From positions 1 to 64,000 of the forward strand of contig JBDRWI010000002.1 of assembly GCA_039802265.1 (NCBI GenBank): a DNA stretch of 64,000 nt, given 5' to 3'. The notes beneath the pieces are model-generated. The model saw only the letters and a list, made by a program, of their open reading frames with translations, searched no databases and had not been told where the DNA came from. The position numbers and the translations under genes are program-made. Positions within the stretch are counted from its first letter, which is position 1, and every line of letters begins with the position of its first letter. Below, piece by piece: positions 10,432 through 20,617 of this stretch. This stretch comes from a candidate division WOR-3 bacterium. Its GTDB lineage: Bacteria; Hydrothermota; Tepidihabitantia; SM23-42; JAOAFX01.

Positions 10432-11418
10432 TCAAAAGATTATTATTTTGCTCAAAGGACTATTGAGGTCTATTATATTTTTGAGGTCTTTGTAAGGTAT
10501 TTCAACTGTGTAATATCCTTCAACATAGGGACCAACAGTGTAAGGAGAGAATATAAATTCCAGTCCACTTGGAGTTATAACGAAGTTGTCTAATAATTCT
10601 GAAACATCTTTTATTTCCCCTTCAACAACGAAGGATGCCCCTTGCTTCTTTAGACTACGGATACAGATGTCAGAAATTATCTTCAGATAATTAGAATTCA
10701 GAACGAATAAATCTCCGAGTTCAATCTCCTTAATAATCTCAGAGGTGAGCAAGATATTGAGGGTAGGATAGTCGGTATAGCCATGCGCAGCGCCCGGATA
10801 ATAACTATAGGAAATAAAAGAAAGGCTTATAATTTCATTGGAGAAATATTCTATATTGTAATCTTCGGAATATTCAGGGGGCGAGGTTTCAAGGCCCGCC
10901 GATTCATCTATAGAGGCTATGAAGTCGTTATACCTGGAGAGTGCCCTGTTTCTTAGCGTCTCATTTAACATCTCCTCCAACTTTTTATTATCTATGTAAA
11001 ACTTGGGATATTTGACACACACATCATAATGTTCTGATTTGAATTCTTTTTCCTGCGCGATCAATTTCAAATTGTACGGAAATTTCTTCTTTCCATCCGG
11101 ATTTGACCACTCGCCAGTAAGTTTATTAGAATCTTTTAACGAACCTTTAAAAATGCCAGTTAAATTTCCATTCGCATACTCACAAATTTTAAAACTTTTA
11201 TCTTGGTTGATATTACCTTTCAATTGAATGTATTTATTTATTTTATAATAAAAGTAGTAACCATTCACACTATCTTTTTCAATCTTAAGCTCCATATAAA
11301 TCTTATGGTTCCGGCCGATAATGCCCCAATAATGATTTCTGTAGTTTGATTCCCGGGCGTTTAAGTTATCTATGAAACATAAGATTATACAAAAAAACAT
11401 TATATTTTTATTTGCCAT
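10432..11418 (-). CDS. Exported RsiV/PdaC-like (DUF4163/DUF3298) protein
   Basis: Signal-like N-terminus; YYPGAAHG, LGDLF, FVITPSGLEFIFSPYTVGPYVEG..EIPY. Confidence 0.8.
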   Translation of the reverse strand: MANKNIMFFCIILCFIDNLNARESNYRNHYWGIIGRNHKIYMELKIEKDSVNGYYFYYKINKYIQLKGNINQDKSFKICEYANGNLTGIFKGSLKDSNKLTGEWSNPDGKKKFPYNLKLIAQEKEFKSEHYDVCVKYPKFYIDNKKLEEMLNETLRNRALSRYNDFIASIDESAGLETSPPEYSEDYNIEYFSNEIISLSFISYSYYPGAAHGYTDYPTLNILLTSEIIKEIELGDLFVLNSNYLKIISDICIRSLKKQGASFVVEGEIKDVSELLDNFVITPSGLEFIFSPYTVGPYVEGYYTVEIPYKDLKNIIDLNSPLSKIIIF

Positions 11419-11661
11419 ACTTTCTCCTTTTTATCAAGATACATTTGGCTAAATTCCATAACATCTAAGAGGTTTCTTCTAAATATAATTTATGCCTTTT
11501 CATTTCAATTACATTTTTAAATATATGCAGAAATCAATAAAAATCAAGGGGATATTGGTCTATTGTTTTGGAAAAAGCCTGTTAATATTTCTCTATGGGA
11601 TAAAAAATAATACTTGACCAATAAAAAATTTTAATTAAAATTATAATGCAATGGAGGAACC

Positions 11662-12732
11662 ATGCACAGGTTTGTTATAGTCTTTATTCCCCTGATAGTT
11701 TCTTCGAATCCTTATCTTACGGGTGTTATCAATGAATTTCAGACTGATACCATCCTCGGGCAAAAGTTTGAATTCCACCCAATTGATTATGGCTTTTCCC
11801 TTCCACTTTTTAATTCAGAGGTTATAACACCGGCGGGTACTTCCTATGTTAATACATTGATTAACAATCCTCCCTGTGGTTATACCGTTATTGATACATC
11901 AATTTTAGAAGGACCATTCTATTTGCCGTTAGATAATGGTTTTATAGAAATCTTTTTACCTGAATATTACCTGGATTGCATTGCTTATACTGATACCTTC
12001 CATTCTCCAATTTTTGCCCCTCCAATGGGTTCTTCAGCGGCACGGTTTATATACAAAAAAAATGGTTTAACCAAATTGGACTGGTATATAGATTACACAC
12101 CAACGCTGGGTGGAGATAATGACGACTATCCAGGGTGCATTATTTCTGGCCATGTCTATTTTAATTACGCTCCTGTTGAAAGCGCACGGGTGACCGCTGT
12201 CTGTACGGATAGTATCCAGACCCCGGGGCCATTTCATACCGCTTGCACTACATATACAGATAATACAGGTTTTTACCATTTTGACAGCCTCTGGCCGGCG
12301 AGATACTGGATGACCGCTGTCTTGGGTTCTTATCAGCCGCCGGGTGAATTGTCTCCAGAATTGTGTGCCCTCTGGCCGACGGATTTTGATTTCTATTTTG
12401 TAGAAATGGAGGAAAATCTATCCTTTGTTTCACCGGAACAAATGCTGTTCTCCGTCTATCCGAATCCTTTCAAAAATTTTTGTGTGATTCGCTACGCACT
12501 GAGTAAGAGTATGTCTGGTACTTACTCCGCAACGCCTACCATTCGTATTTATGATGTTACAGGGAGGCTGGTGAGGCAGTTTGATTGCCTATCTACCAGT
12601 CAATTTAGCCAAAATCAAATTCTCTGGAATGGTAAAGATAGGACAGATACCAAGTTAACGCCTGGTCTTTACTATATCGTTTTAGAGTCACCCGAATATA
12701 AAAGTGTTAAAAAGGCGGTGATGATAAGATAA
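11662..12732 (+). CDS. Secreted protein with carboxypeptidase-regulatory-like domain and T9SS/FlgD-like C-terminal domain
   Basis: GGAGG RBS; SGHVY..PVESARV..TDNTGFYHF; VYPNPF..IYDVTGRLVR..WNGKD..PGLYY. Confidence 0.7.
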   Translation: MHRFVIVFIPLIVSSNPYLTGVINEFQTDTILGQKFEFHPIDYGFSLPLFNSEVITPAGTSYVNTLINNPPCGYTVIDTSILEGPFYLPLDNGFIEIFLPEYYLDCIAYTDTFHSPIFAPPMGSSAARFIYKKNGLTKLDWYIDYTPTLGGDNDDYPGCIISGHVYFNYAPVESARVTAVCTDSIQTPGPFHTACTTYTDNTGFYHFDSLWPARYWMTAVLGSYQPPGELSPELCALWPTDFDFYFVEMEENLSFVSPEQMLFSVYPNPFKNFCVIRYALSKSMSGTYSATPTIRIYDVTGRLVRQFDCLSTSQFSQNQILWNGKDRTDTKLTPGLYYIVLESPEYKSVKKAVMIR

Positions 12733-12867
12733 TTTTTTATTGACTTCAGTAGAATTTTTTATATAATCTACTGACTGCTTCTTTTATGGACCGATTGTGA
12801 AGGGGAGGAGTAGGAGTTTTTTTAAAATAAATGTTTTGAACAGATGGTGCGTATATAAGATCTGTCG

Positions 12868-12941
12868 CGGGGCGTGGCGCAGTGGCTTAGCGCACTTGGT
12901 TTGGGACCAAGGGGTCGTGGGTTCAAATCCCTCCGCCCCGA
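12868..12941 (+). tRNA. tRNA-Pro(TGG)
   Basis: Acceptor CGGGGCG/CGCCCCG, anticodon arm CTTGG-TTTGGGA-CCAAG, T loop TTCAAAT; CCA not encoded. Confidence 0.96.
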
Positions 12942-12977
12942 TTTTTTAAATTTTTAAGCATAATCTAAGGAGAATAG

Positions 12978-14507
12978 ATGAAAAAAATATTACTAATATC
13001 CTTCGCTATATCATTTTTAATGGGAATTGATTATAACACCATCCCATTATTAAGATGGGCGGGACCAGCAGGGACGAAGCCGGGAACTTATGAAGACTGG
13101 ATAACGCAGAGTCCATGTTCAGAATTCTCTTACTTCCTGCATAAAATAGTTTATGGTGATGGCAGGGCAGGTAATGTAGCCATTTTAACCCAGGCGAGCA
13201 TCGCGGGGGCATTAACAAATGAGATAAATCAATTAATAAACAATTTACAATCTGAGGGTTATACGGTGCTCAGTTATCAGGTATCCGGAGGAACACCGGA
13301 AACCCTGCGCACTTTTCTACAGAATCTTTACACCAACAATAACATTGAAGGTGCACTTTTTATTGGCAATCTACCCGTTGCCTGGTTTGAGATTGCTAAC
13401 GACTTTAATCAATATGGCTATACGGAGTTTCCCATTGACTTGTTCTATATGGATTTGAATGGAAACTGGCTTGACACAATGAACACGGGTAATGGAAGGT
13501 ATGATGGTCATACTGGTGATATAAGTCCAGAGATCTATATCGGCAGGCTAATGCCAACCGGAATTGGTATAGACACGTTATTATTAAAGAACTATTTTAG
13601 AAAAGATAATGCCTATCGACATGATACACTTGAACTACAACATCGGGCGCTTTTCTTCTGTGACGATGACTGGATTCCTTTTGCCGCCCAATGGGCATAT
13701 GAAGTCTCCTTATTATATCCGGATACAATGAATTACTGGAATGCAGAGACAACCAGGGCAGCGATCTATCGAATTAAACTTGATTCCTGTCAGGCCTGGG
13801 TTAGTGTCTTTGCCCACTCCTGGCCCGGAGGACATCAATTTACATATAACAATGGGAATGCGCATGATTATTATTATTCTTATGAGTATACAAACCAAAA
13901 TCCTCCAACAAATTTTTATAACCACTTTGCCTGTTCATTTGCCCGTTATACTGAAAATGGATACGGCGGTGGCAGGTCAATCTTCAATCAGAGTTACGGA
14001 CTGGGTGCTATTGGTTCAACAAAGACCGGCAGTATGCTTGACTTTTACTATTTTTACGCGCCCCTTTCTGAACAGAAGACATTGGGTCAGGCATTCAAAG
14101 ACTGGTTCACCCATATTACTGCAAACGGTGTTACCTTTGATGAATTGTGCTGGCATTATGGTATGACCCTTCTGGCAGATCCGTGGTTAAAACCAACGGG
14201 GCACAATTTTGAAATTGCTGAGGCTATCAAAGATAAGGCTTCGCCTCTAATTATATATCAAAATCCATCGGTTAGCCAGGTGAAGATTTTCCTTGGTATC
14301 AGTTCGCCCGGTGCTGTTAAATTGATTGTTTATGACTGTCTTGGTAGGGTTGTAAAGAGATTAATATCAAACCAATATACTAAATCAAATCAATGGATAT
14401 TATGGCGATTCAATGATGAAAATGGTAAGACGGTGCCTCCGGGTGTTTATATAGTCAGTGCGGAAGTGTCCGGGAAGGTCTATAAAGCAAAGGTAATTAA
14501 ACTTTGA
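12978..14507 (+). CDS. Secreted peptidase C25 (gingipain-like) with T9SS/FlgD-like C-terminal domain
   Basis: FIGNLP, DLFYMDLNG, PEIYIGRL, His in FAHS, Cys in FACS, TLLADP; C-terminal IYQNP..VYDCLGRVVK..PGVY. Confidence 0.72.
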   Translation: MKKILLISFAISFLMGIDYNTIPLLRWAGPAGTKPGTYEDWITQSPCSEFSYFLHKIVYGDGRAGNVAILTQASIAGALTNEINQLINNLQSEGYTVLSYQVSGGTPETLRTFLQNLYTNNNIEGALFIGNLPVAWFEIANDFNQYGYTEFPIDLFYMDLNGNWLDTMNTGNGRYDGHTGDISPEIYIGRLMPTGIGIDTLLLKNYFRKDNAYRHDTLELQHRALFFCDDDWIPFAAQWAYEVSLLYPDTMNYWNAETTRAAIYRIKLDSCQAWVSVFAHSWPGGHQFTYNNGNAHDYYYSYEYTNQNPPTNFYNHFACSFARYTENGYGGGRSIFNQSYGLGAIGSTKTGSMLDFYYFYAPLSEQKTLGQAFKDWFTHITANGVTFDELCWHYGMTLLADPWLKPTGHNFEIAEAIKDKASPLIIYQNPSVSQVKIFLGISSPGAVKLIVYDCLGRVVKRLISNQYTKSNQWILWRFNDENGKTVPPGVYIVSAEVSGKVYKAKVIKL

Positions 14508-14579
14508 TAATTGTATATACCCATTTTTAAATTCAGTTTCGGTATTGACACCGAACTTTAAGCCATTATAATAACCCTG

Positions 14580-15461
14580 ATGAGCGCGGAAGAGCTCTCT
14601 AATAGAATTGAGGATTTTCTAATTTACCTAAAGAAAGAGAAAAACTATTCAAATTGTACCCTGCGCGGATACAGGGCTGACTTAAGGCAATTTTTTGATT
14701 ATTTTAAGGAAAAGAAAATAGCGCTGATTGATTATAATGAAATCGTTCAGTATTTAGCCTTTCTTTTAAAATATGGTGCAGGTCCCCGCAGCGTTGCCCG
14801 TAAGTTGTCAGCCTTAAAATCATTTTTTAAATTCCTAAAAAAAAGTGGCGTTATCCCGGAGAATTTCGTTCAGGGCATAAGGTCACCAAAGATGAAACGG
14901 CATCTTCCTGGCTTTTTGACCTATAACCAGATAAGTGATACATTTGAGAAAATCCAGGATTTAAGAGACCGGGCAATTATGGAGGTTTTATATTCCTGTG
15001 GACTGAGAGCAGGGGAACTTGTCGGATTGAATCTTGAGGATTTGGATTTAAACAGAGAGGAGATAAGGGTGAAAGGGAAGGGAAGGAAGGAGCGCATTGT
15101 TCCCCTGGGCCGGGTTGCCCTGAAGGCGATTCTTAAATACCTGCCCGAACGGCGACAGCGGTGTCGAGATAAACCTGATACCCGGGCACTTTTTTTGAAT
15201 TATCGCGGTGAGCGTTTGACAACGCGCTCTTTGCAGCGGATTGTCCGCAGGTATCTTATAAATTGTGCCAATGCCTCAGGAACAAATCCGCACATCTTGA
15301 GACACTCCTTTGCTACACATCTTTTAGAACACGGTGCGGACTTGCGTGCGGTTCAGGAATTGCTCGGACATTCCAGCCTTGCCACAGTTCAGATTTATAC
15401 ACATCTAACAACAAAAAGGTTAAGAGAAATATACCAGAGGGCGCATCCACGGGCAGATTGA
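14580..15461 (+). CDS. xerC: Tyrosine recombinase XerC/XerD family
   Basis: LYSCGLRAGEL, VKGKGRKERIVP, PHILRHSFATHLL, GADLRAVQELLGH, TVQIYTH; promoter TTGACA-N16-TATAAT at 14545-14572. Confidence 0.85.
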   Translation: MSAEELSNRIEDFLIYLKKEKNYSNCTLRGYRADLRQFFDYFKEKKIALIDYNEIVQYLAFLLKYGAGPRSVARKLSALKSFFKFLKKSGVIPENFVQGIRSPKMKRHLPGFLTYNQISDTFEKIQDLRDRAIMEVLYSCGLRAGELVGLNLEDLDLNREEIRVKGKGRKERIVPLGRVALKAILKYLPERRQRCRDKPDTRALFLNYRGERLTTRSLQRIVRRYLINCANASGTNPHILRHSFATHLLEHGADLRAVQELLGHSSLATVQIYTHLTTKRLREIYQRAHPRAD

Positions 15462-15463
15462 TT

Positions 15464-15883
15464 ATGCGCTGGTTCTTTTTTATTCTTCTCACCACTACTA
15501 TCTCCTGCCATCAGCGAGATATCTGGAGTAAGATCAGAGAAGGTAATTATGAAATTATTCGGAAGGGAAGTTACCGCGGTAAATTAAAATATCTGGCCCA
15601 GCCAGGTGAACATGAAGCGACAATTTTAAGATTCCGTGCAGATATTGAAAAGAACATCGCCCTTTTTCCGGAAATTACGAAGAAATTTTTTGTGATTACC
15701 GATGAATTGAAATATCAATATAAATTCACCTGGTTAGATGAAGAGAAGAACTACTTAATTTTAAGATATTTTGCGCGAATTTATAACCATCCAGTCTATG
15801 CTGGATATCAGATTCAATTTGTTATTGATAAAAAAGAAAAACAGATCATCCAGATATTTATAACCGAGGTTCCCCTTGAGTAG
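15464..15883 (+). CDS. Hypothetical lipoprotein
   Basis: MRWFFFILLTTTISC lipobox-like; ATG 2 nt after the xer stop. Confidence 0.65.
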   Translation: MRWFFFILLTTTISCHQRDIWSKIREGNYEIIRKGSYRGKLKYLAQPGEHEATILRFRADIEKNIALFPEITKKFFVITDELKYQYKFTWLDEEKNYLILRYFARIYNHPVYAGYQIQFVIDKKEKQIIQIFITEVPLE

Positions 15884-17948
15884 CATTCTATTTATTTTTC
15901 TCTTACCCTATGAAGACTATTTTTATAAAAAAAATTATCTTGAGGCAATTCGTTATGCAAAACTGGCTTATAAAATTTTTTTAGAAGATGAAACCTTATA
16001 TTATTTAGGCATAAGCGAACTGTGTCTTGATAGATTGCCCGCGGCAATGGCAAATCTTGAGGAATTGACAAAAAAGAAGGAAGACGCCAGCTTTTATCTC
16101 GGAATAATCCATTATCGACTTGGTAATTACATCAAGGCAATGGCTTATATGAATGATGCGCGTGATGTATTTCTTCCTAAGTACTACTATCTCACTCTCA
16201 TCCATTTAAAAGACCGCGACCTAAAAGAGGCAGAAAAATACCTGAATTCAGTGGCAGATTCATATTTAAAGGAAACCATTTCGCAATGGATAAAAAATTA
16301 CCAAACACTTGTTGATGCAAAAAACGCATTTATTGATATGGATTATCAGCGCACAATAGAGCTAATTAACAAAGTTGAAGATTTTTTTGGCTATAAAGAA
16401 ATTGGATTGGCACTGGCTTACGAAAGACTCGGTGATTATCAAAAGAGTCTTATTTTTTTAGATACTGTGATACGCAATCCTCCATCTTATGGGCTGTTAT
16501 TGAACGCCACATACAACGCCGGGCGAATAGAGTATGCATTAAGAAATTATAAGCGGGCAGAAAGATATTTGAGGGATTATCTTTCTACTCAGGAGAATAA
16601 TGCGGCAAAATTTCTTTTAGGCAAAATTTTTATGGAGGAAGGAAACCTGGATTCAGCCAGTATTTACTTTAAAGACTTACCCGATACCATTGATGAATAC
16701 CTTTTCTATAAAGGGCGTATTGACTATTTTCGGGGAATGCTGGCGAGCGCCGAAGAAAGATTGTTATTGCATCGTGAATATTTCCCGAATTCTTTTTATG
16801 CCGACAGTACAGTTTATATACTGGGAGAAATAAATTTTAAACAGGGCAAATACAGACTGGCAATAGATTACTGGACCGACTTGATAAATTTATATCCAAA
16901 TTCAAATTATGCGGCGGTTACGGCAAAGAAGATTGGCGATGCCTATTTCAATTTGAAAAGATACAATGATGCACTTGAGTTTTACAAAAGGGTTAAGGAT
17001 TTTGGTCCGCAAAATGAATTGAAATTGGAGACTGAATTGAAGATACTTGAGACCAAATATCAACTTGGGCTGTTTAATTCTTTAATTGGTGCCCTGAATC
17101 GATTTATAGAGACATATTCCGATTCTGTAAATGCCCGGGATTTTGTTGCCGCAGTAAATTTAAGAATTGCAATGATTCTCTTTGAGAAAGAGGAATATTA
17201 CTCTGCCCTTGAAAAACTCAATCAGCTGATAACCAAATATTCAGATTTATCCGTGGCTAGAGACGCAATATTACAAAGGGCAAAAGTTTTTCGCAAAATT
17301 GGAGATAAGAATGGAGAGAAGGCTTCTTTGAAAATACTATTGGAAAGGAAGGATATTAGAGAATTGTACCCATATGTGGTAAATGAACTGGGTACAATCT
17401 ATAAAAATGAAATGAAATACGATTCGGCGCTTTATTACTACAATTTATTGCTGAAAATAGAGATGTATCGCGAGATTGCTCTTTTAGAAATTGCCCGAAT
17501 CTATAATTCACTCGGTAGATATGAAGAAGCCGAATTGGTGATCGAGCGCTTTATTAATGAATATCCCAATTCATCATTGATTTTTGATGCATATATTCTT
17601 AAATCGGAAACTATTAAAAATCAAGGCGATTACAATAAGGCGGTAAATGTATTAAAGGAATTGAGCGACAAGTACGGACCAAAGCCCGAGGTATTTCTCA
17701 GAATCGCTGATATCTATGTTGATAATCGTAATTATCAGGCGGCCCGGGATTATTTTCTAAGGGCAAGCGAGTATTTCAAGGAAAATAGGGATGACGCTGC
17801 CCGGTCTTTGATTCGTGCCGGTGATGTTTCGTTGATTATGGGTGACATAAAGATTGCCAAGGAACTTTATTTAAAGGCGGCGCTTTTTGCACTTTCTATT
17901 GATGTTAAACAAGAGGCAAGCAAAAAATTGACTTCTGTAAATGAGTAG
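15876..17948 (+). CDS. Tetratricopeptide-repeat protein
   Basis: Repeated YYLG/FYLG..A..Y helical pairs and YPNS turns (BamD/CpoB-like TPRs). Confidence 0.88.
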   Translation: MSSILFIFLLPYEDYFYKKNYLEAIRYAKLAYKIFLEDETLYYLGISELCLDRLPAAMANLEELTKKKEDASFYLGIIHYRLGNYIKAMAYMNDARDVFLPKYYYLTLIHLKDRDLKEAEKYLNSVADSYLKETISQWIKNYQTLVDAKNAFIDMDYQRTIELINKVEDFFGYKEIGLALAYERLGDYQKSLIFLDTVIRNPPSYGLLLNATYNAGRIEYALRNYKRAERYLRDYLSTQENNAAKFLLGKIFMEEGNLDSASIYFKDLPDTIDEYLFYKGRIDYFRGMLASAEERLLLHREYFPNSFYADSTVYILGEINFKQGKYRLAIDYWTDLINLYPNSNYAAVTAKKIGDAYFNLKRYNDALEFYKRVKDFGPQNELKLETELKILETKYQLGLFNSLIGALNRFIETYSDSVNARDFVAAVNLRIAMILFEKEEYYSALEKLNQLITKYSDLSVARDAILQRAKVFRKIGDKNGEKASLKILLERKDIRELYPYVVNELGTIYKNEMKYDSALYYYNLLLKIEMYREIALLEIARIYNSLGRYEEAELVIERFINEYPNSSLIFDAYILKSETIKNQGDYNKAVNVLKELSDKYGPKPEVFLRIADIYVDNRNYQAARDYFLRASEYFKENRDDAARSLIRAGDVSLIMGDIKIAKELYLKAALFALSIDVKQEASKKLTSVNE

Positions 17949-19770
17949 GCGTATTTACATTATTGGTAAGGAGCCAGACTGGTTGAAATCACTCATTCTT
18001 AAAAAGATCGTCAGCGTATGTGAGAGTGAACCAGAGGCAATTTTGATTTTTGAAAAAATACCTTCGGTTGCAGAGATCATTAAAAAGTTTCGGATAAGAT
18101 ATATCCCAATAATCAGTCAGGTAGAATTAGGAGAAATGGAGGGAGTTTTTAACTTACCCACGACCCATCCCGAGAATTTTTTAATTTCCCTGCTTGAGGC
18201 ATTAACCTGGGAGCGAGAAAGAAATCCACTCACCGGTCTTCCCGGTAATGAGGCAATAAATAGAGAGATTGAGTTTAAGATATTAAATCAAAACGGCTAC
18301 TGGCTCAGTTATGTTGATCTGAATGACTTTAAATTTTTTAATGACCAGTATGGTTTTGAAATGGGGGACCGTCTCATTTTTCATACCGCCAGGATAATAA
18401 AAGACAATGCCGGTAACAATTTTGTTGGACACATTGGCGGTGATGATTTTGTTTTTATTATTCCCCAGAATAATTCCGAGATTTTAGATTCAATCTGTCG
18501 GGAATTTGATGACTCATTGAAATATTTCTACCCGGAGGGGGACCGGGACAGAGAAGAATTTCAGGGAATAGACCGATTCGGGAGGGATTATAAATTCGGC
18601 CATGTTCATCTTGCCATTGTGGTATTAACAAAGAGATACGAAAATCTTAAGAAATTAAACTATGCCACTGCCTATTTAAAAAAGATAAGTAAACAAAGAA
18701 GTAAAATTGAAAAGCGGAGTCTCTGGCTTTCCGATAATACCGTTGCGATTGGACATCGCGACGACCTGCTCAGGATATTACAGGGAAATGACCGAACTGC
18801 CAAAAGGGCCGCTATTGAAGTTCTTGGTGAAATTGCGGAACCGGATAACCTTGATTTGTTTGTTGAACTTTTAAGGAATAAAGATTTTTTGATTCGCAAG
18901 AGTGCGGTCTATGCGCTTGGTAAGATTGGCAAATCCGAAATTTTGCCGTATATTCTCAATACATTAAACGACCCCTCACCCCATGTCCGGATGAGGGCAG
19001 CCGAGGCGCTTGGTTATTTTTACAGGGACGCTGTAGCTGATATTTTAGTTAATCTTCTTAACGACCCCGATTGTTATGTGAGGATCGCGGCAATAAATAG
19101 TATCGGTCGTTTGAAATTGAAGTCAGCAATTCCTCGACTTATTAAAACTAATGACGAAAGAATCATCCCCAGTATTTTAAGAGTCCTTGCCGAATTGGGA
19201 GACGATTCTGCACTGGATTTCATTCAGGCGAAATTAAATAAAAATAGATTTTCGGCATTGGCGATTGATGCACTTGGTAGAATCTACAGTTCACGTTCAC
19301 TGGCAATTCTATTTGATGTCCTATCCAGCAGGAATTTCGCCCAGCATCGCCATAGGATTTATCGTGCAATTTATAATCTGAGCCGGATGAAGTCCCTGAA
19401 AGAAATAATTAAGGCAAATATCGGGCTGATTTATGATGGCCTCCGGGATAGCAAGCCCTACTATGTCATAATGACCCTTTACGAAATTGGCGATGACACG
19501 CGTGGTGATGAGGTTAAAAAATTCCTTTATGGAAAAGATATATTTATGCGCCGGGCAGCTATTCTCTATCTGAGTAATAATAAAAAAAATCTCAAGGTGC
19601 TTGCCGATATCCTTTTGCAAGACCCATTACCATCTATCCGACAGACAGCAGCCGATATCCTGGCGAAATTCGGCAAAGCCGCATTACCCTATCTGAGAAA
19701 GGCATTGAAAGACCGGGATTTTTCAACCAGACAGTCCGTAATCAGGTCAATAATGGCAATTTTATTCTGA
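17941..19770 (+). CDS. GGDEF (GGDDF) diguanylate cyclase domain fused to HEAT/PBS-lyase repeats
   Basis: NPLTGLPGN, YVDLNDFKFFNDQYGFEMGD, HIGGDDF; then KRAAIEVLG, RKSAVYALG, RMRAAEALG, RIAAINSIG repeats. Confidence 0.85.
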   Translation: MSRRIYIIGKEPDWLKSLILKKIVSVCESEPEAILIFEKIPSVAEIIKKFRIRYIPIISQVELGEMEGVFNLPTTHPENFLISLLEALTWERERNPLTGLPGNEAINREIEFKILNQNGYWLSYVDLNDFKFFNDQYGFEMGDRLIFHTARIIKDNAGNNFVGHIGGDDFVFIIPQNNSEILDSICREFDDSLKYFYPEGDRDREEFQGIDRFGRDYKFGHVHLAIVVLTKRYENLKKLNYATAYLKKISKQRSKIEKRSLWLSDNTVAIGHRDDLLRILQGNDRTAKRAAIEVLGEIAEPDNLDLFVELLRNKDFLIRKSAVYALGKIGKSEILPYILNTLNDPSPHVRMRAAEALGYFYRDAVADILVNLLNDPDCYVRIAAINSIGRLKLKSAIPRLIKTNDERIIPSILRVLAELGDDSALDFIQAKLNKNRFSALAIDALGRIYSSRSLAILFDVLSSRNFAQHRHRIYRAIYNLSRMKSLKEIIKANIGLIYDGLRDSKPYYVIMTLYEIGDDTRGDEVKKFLYGKDIFMRRAAILYLSNNKKNLKVLADILLQDPLPSIRQTAADILAKFGKAALPYLRKALKDRDFSTRQSVIRSIMAILF

Positions 19771-19880
19771 AGAAAGGTAAATGGTAATCTATTAAAGATG
19801 GACTTCACCGTTATCATCTTGCCGTTCCTGGGGGCGATTAAGGGTGAGGTAAAATTAAGGTAAATAATCCAGATTAGACA

Positions 19881-20522
19881 TTAAAAACCCAGTCTTTCAT
19901 TAACCAATAATACTGAAATATTTGTTTGCCAGGGTCTGTACTGGATAATCGCAATTACGCGACAAATTCGTTCCTTTACATTACAATCAATACAGATACC
20001 AGAACTGGCACAAGGAGTACCGGCACTTACCCGTTTTGCATTCATAACCGCAGCAATCTCCTTGCTCCTTTTTATGCCATCATGTATTGAGGCGACAATT
20101 TTATTGAAGCCAGCAATAATGAAGACAGTAGAGGGTCCATAGATCATTCCCGCAATGCGGTTGCCGATACCATCAATATTGATAATGTCTCCGTTTTTCG
20201 TGATGGCGTTAGCACTTGTTAGATAATAATCAGCGAGCAATTCCTTTTTTCTTATCTCACGGTCAGTCTTTTCAGTAAGACCGGCGCGCCAGTGATGGAT
20301 TACTTTATTGCCCCGCTCTTCAAATCTTTCAATTATGCCAAGTTCCCGAATTGTTACCGAACCACCGACTCCAATACTCGCATCAGGGGGGATTGTTTTC
20401 AGGAGATATTCGTTTACCCCGGTAATATCAGGGAAATAACAGGCATCAAAATCCCGTCTTTTTAGTGCCTCAACAACTTTGAGTAGTAATTTTTCCTGGT
20501 GCCATTTTTTGACTTCTTCCAT
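19881..20522 (-). CDS. LUD-domain (lactate utilization-like) protein
   Basis: VGGSVT, YLTSANAITKNGDIINIDGIGNR, TPCASSGICIDC; minus-strand promoter at 20533-20560 favours ATG 20522. Confidence 0.85.
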   Translation of the reverse strand: MEEVKKWHQEKLLLKVVEALKRRDFDACYFPDITGVNEYLLKTIPPDASIGVGGSVTIRELGIIERFEERGNKVIHHWRAGLTEKTDREIRKKELLADYYLTSANAITKNGDIINIDGIGNRIAGMIYGPSTVFIIAGFNKIVASIHDGIKRSKEIAAVMNAKRVSAGTPCASSGICIDCNVKERICRVIAIIQYRPWQTNISVLLVNERLGF

Positions 20523-20617
20523 TGCTGAACGAATTATACTCAATTTTAATCATCTGTCAATTGACTGGCTGATTTTATCCTCTTGATTTTTTGTCTATTT
20601 AGGATATTATTTCTAAT

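Noticed and set aside
12868..15461. Integrative element at tRNA-Pro with a tyrosine integrase
   Set aside because: The recombinase has housekeeping XerC/D length and motifs; I saw no duplicated tRNA 3' end and no phage or conjugation genes.
15263..15463. Long N-terminal extension of the ORF ending at 15883
   Set aside because: It overlaps the xerC catalytic region; ATG 15464 gives a clean lipoprotein signal.
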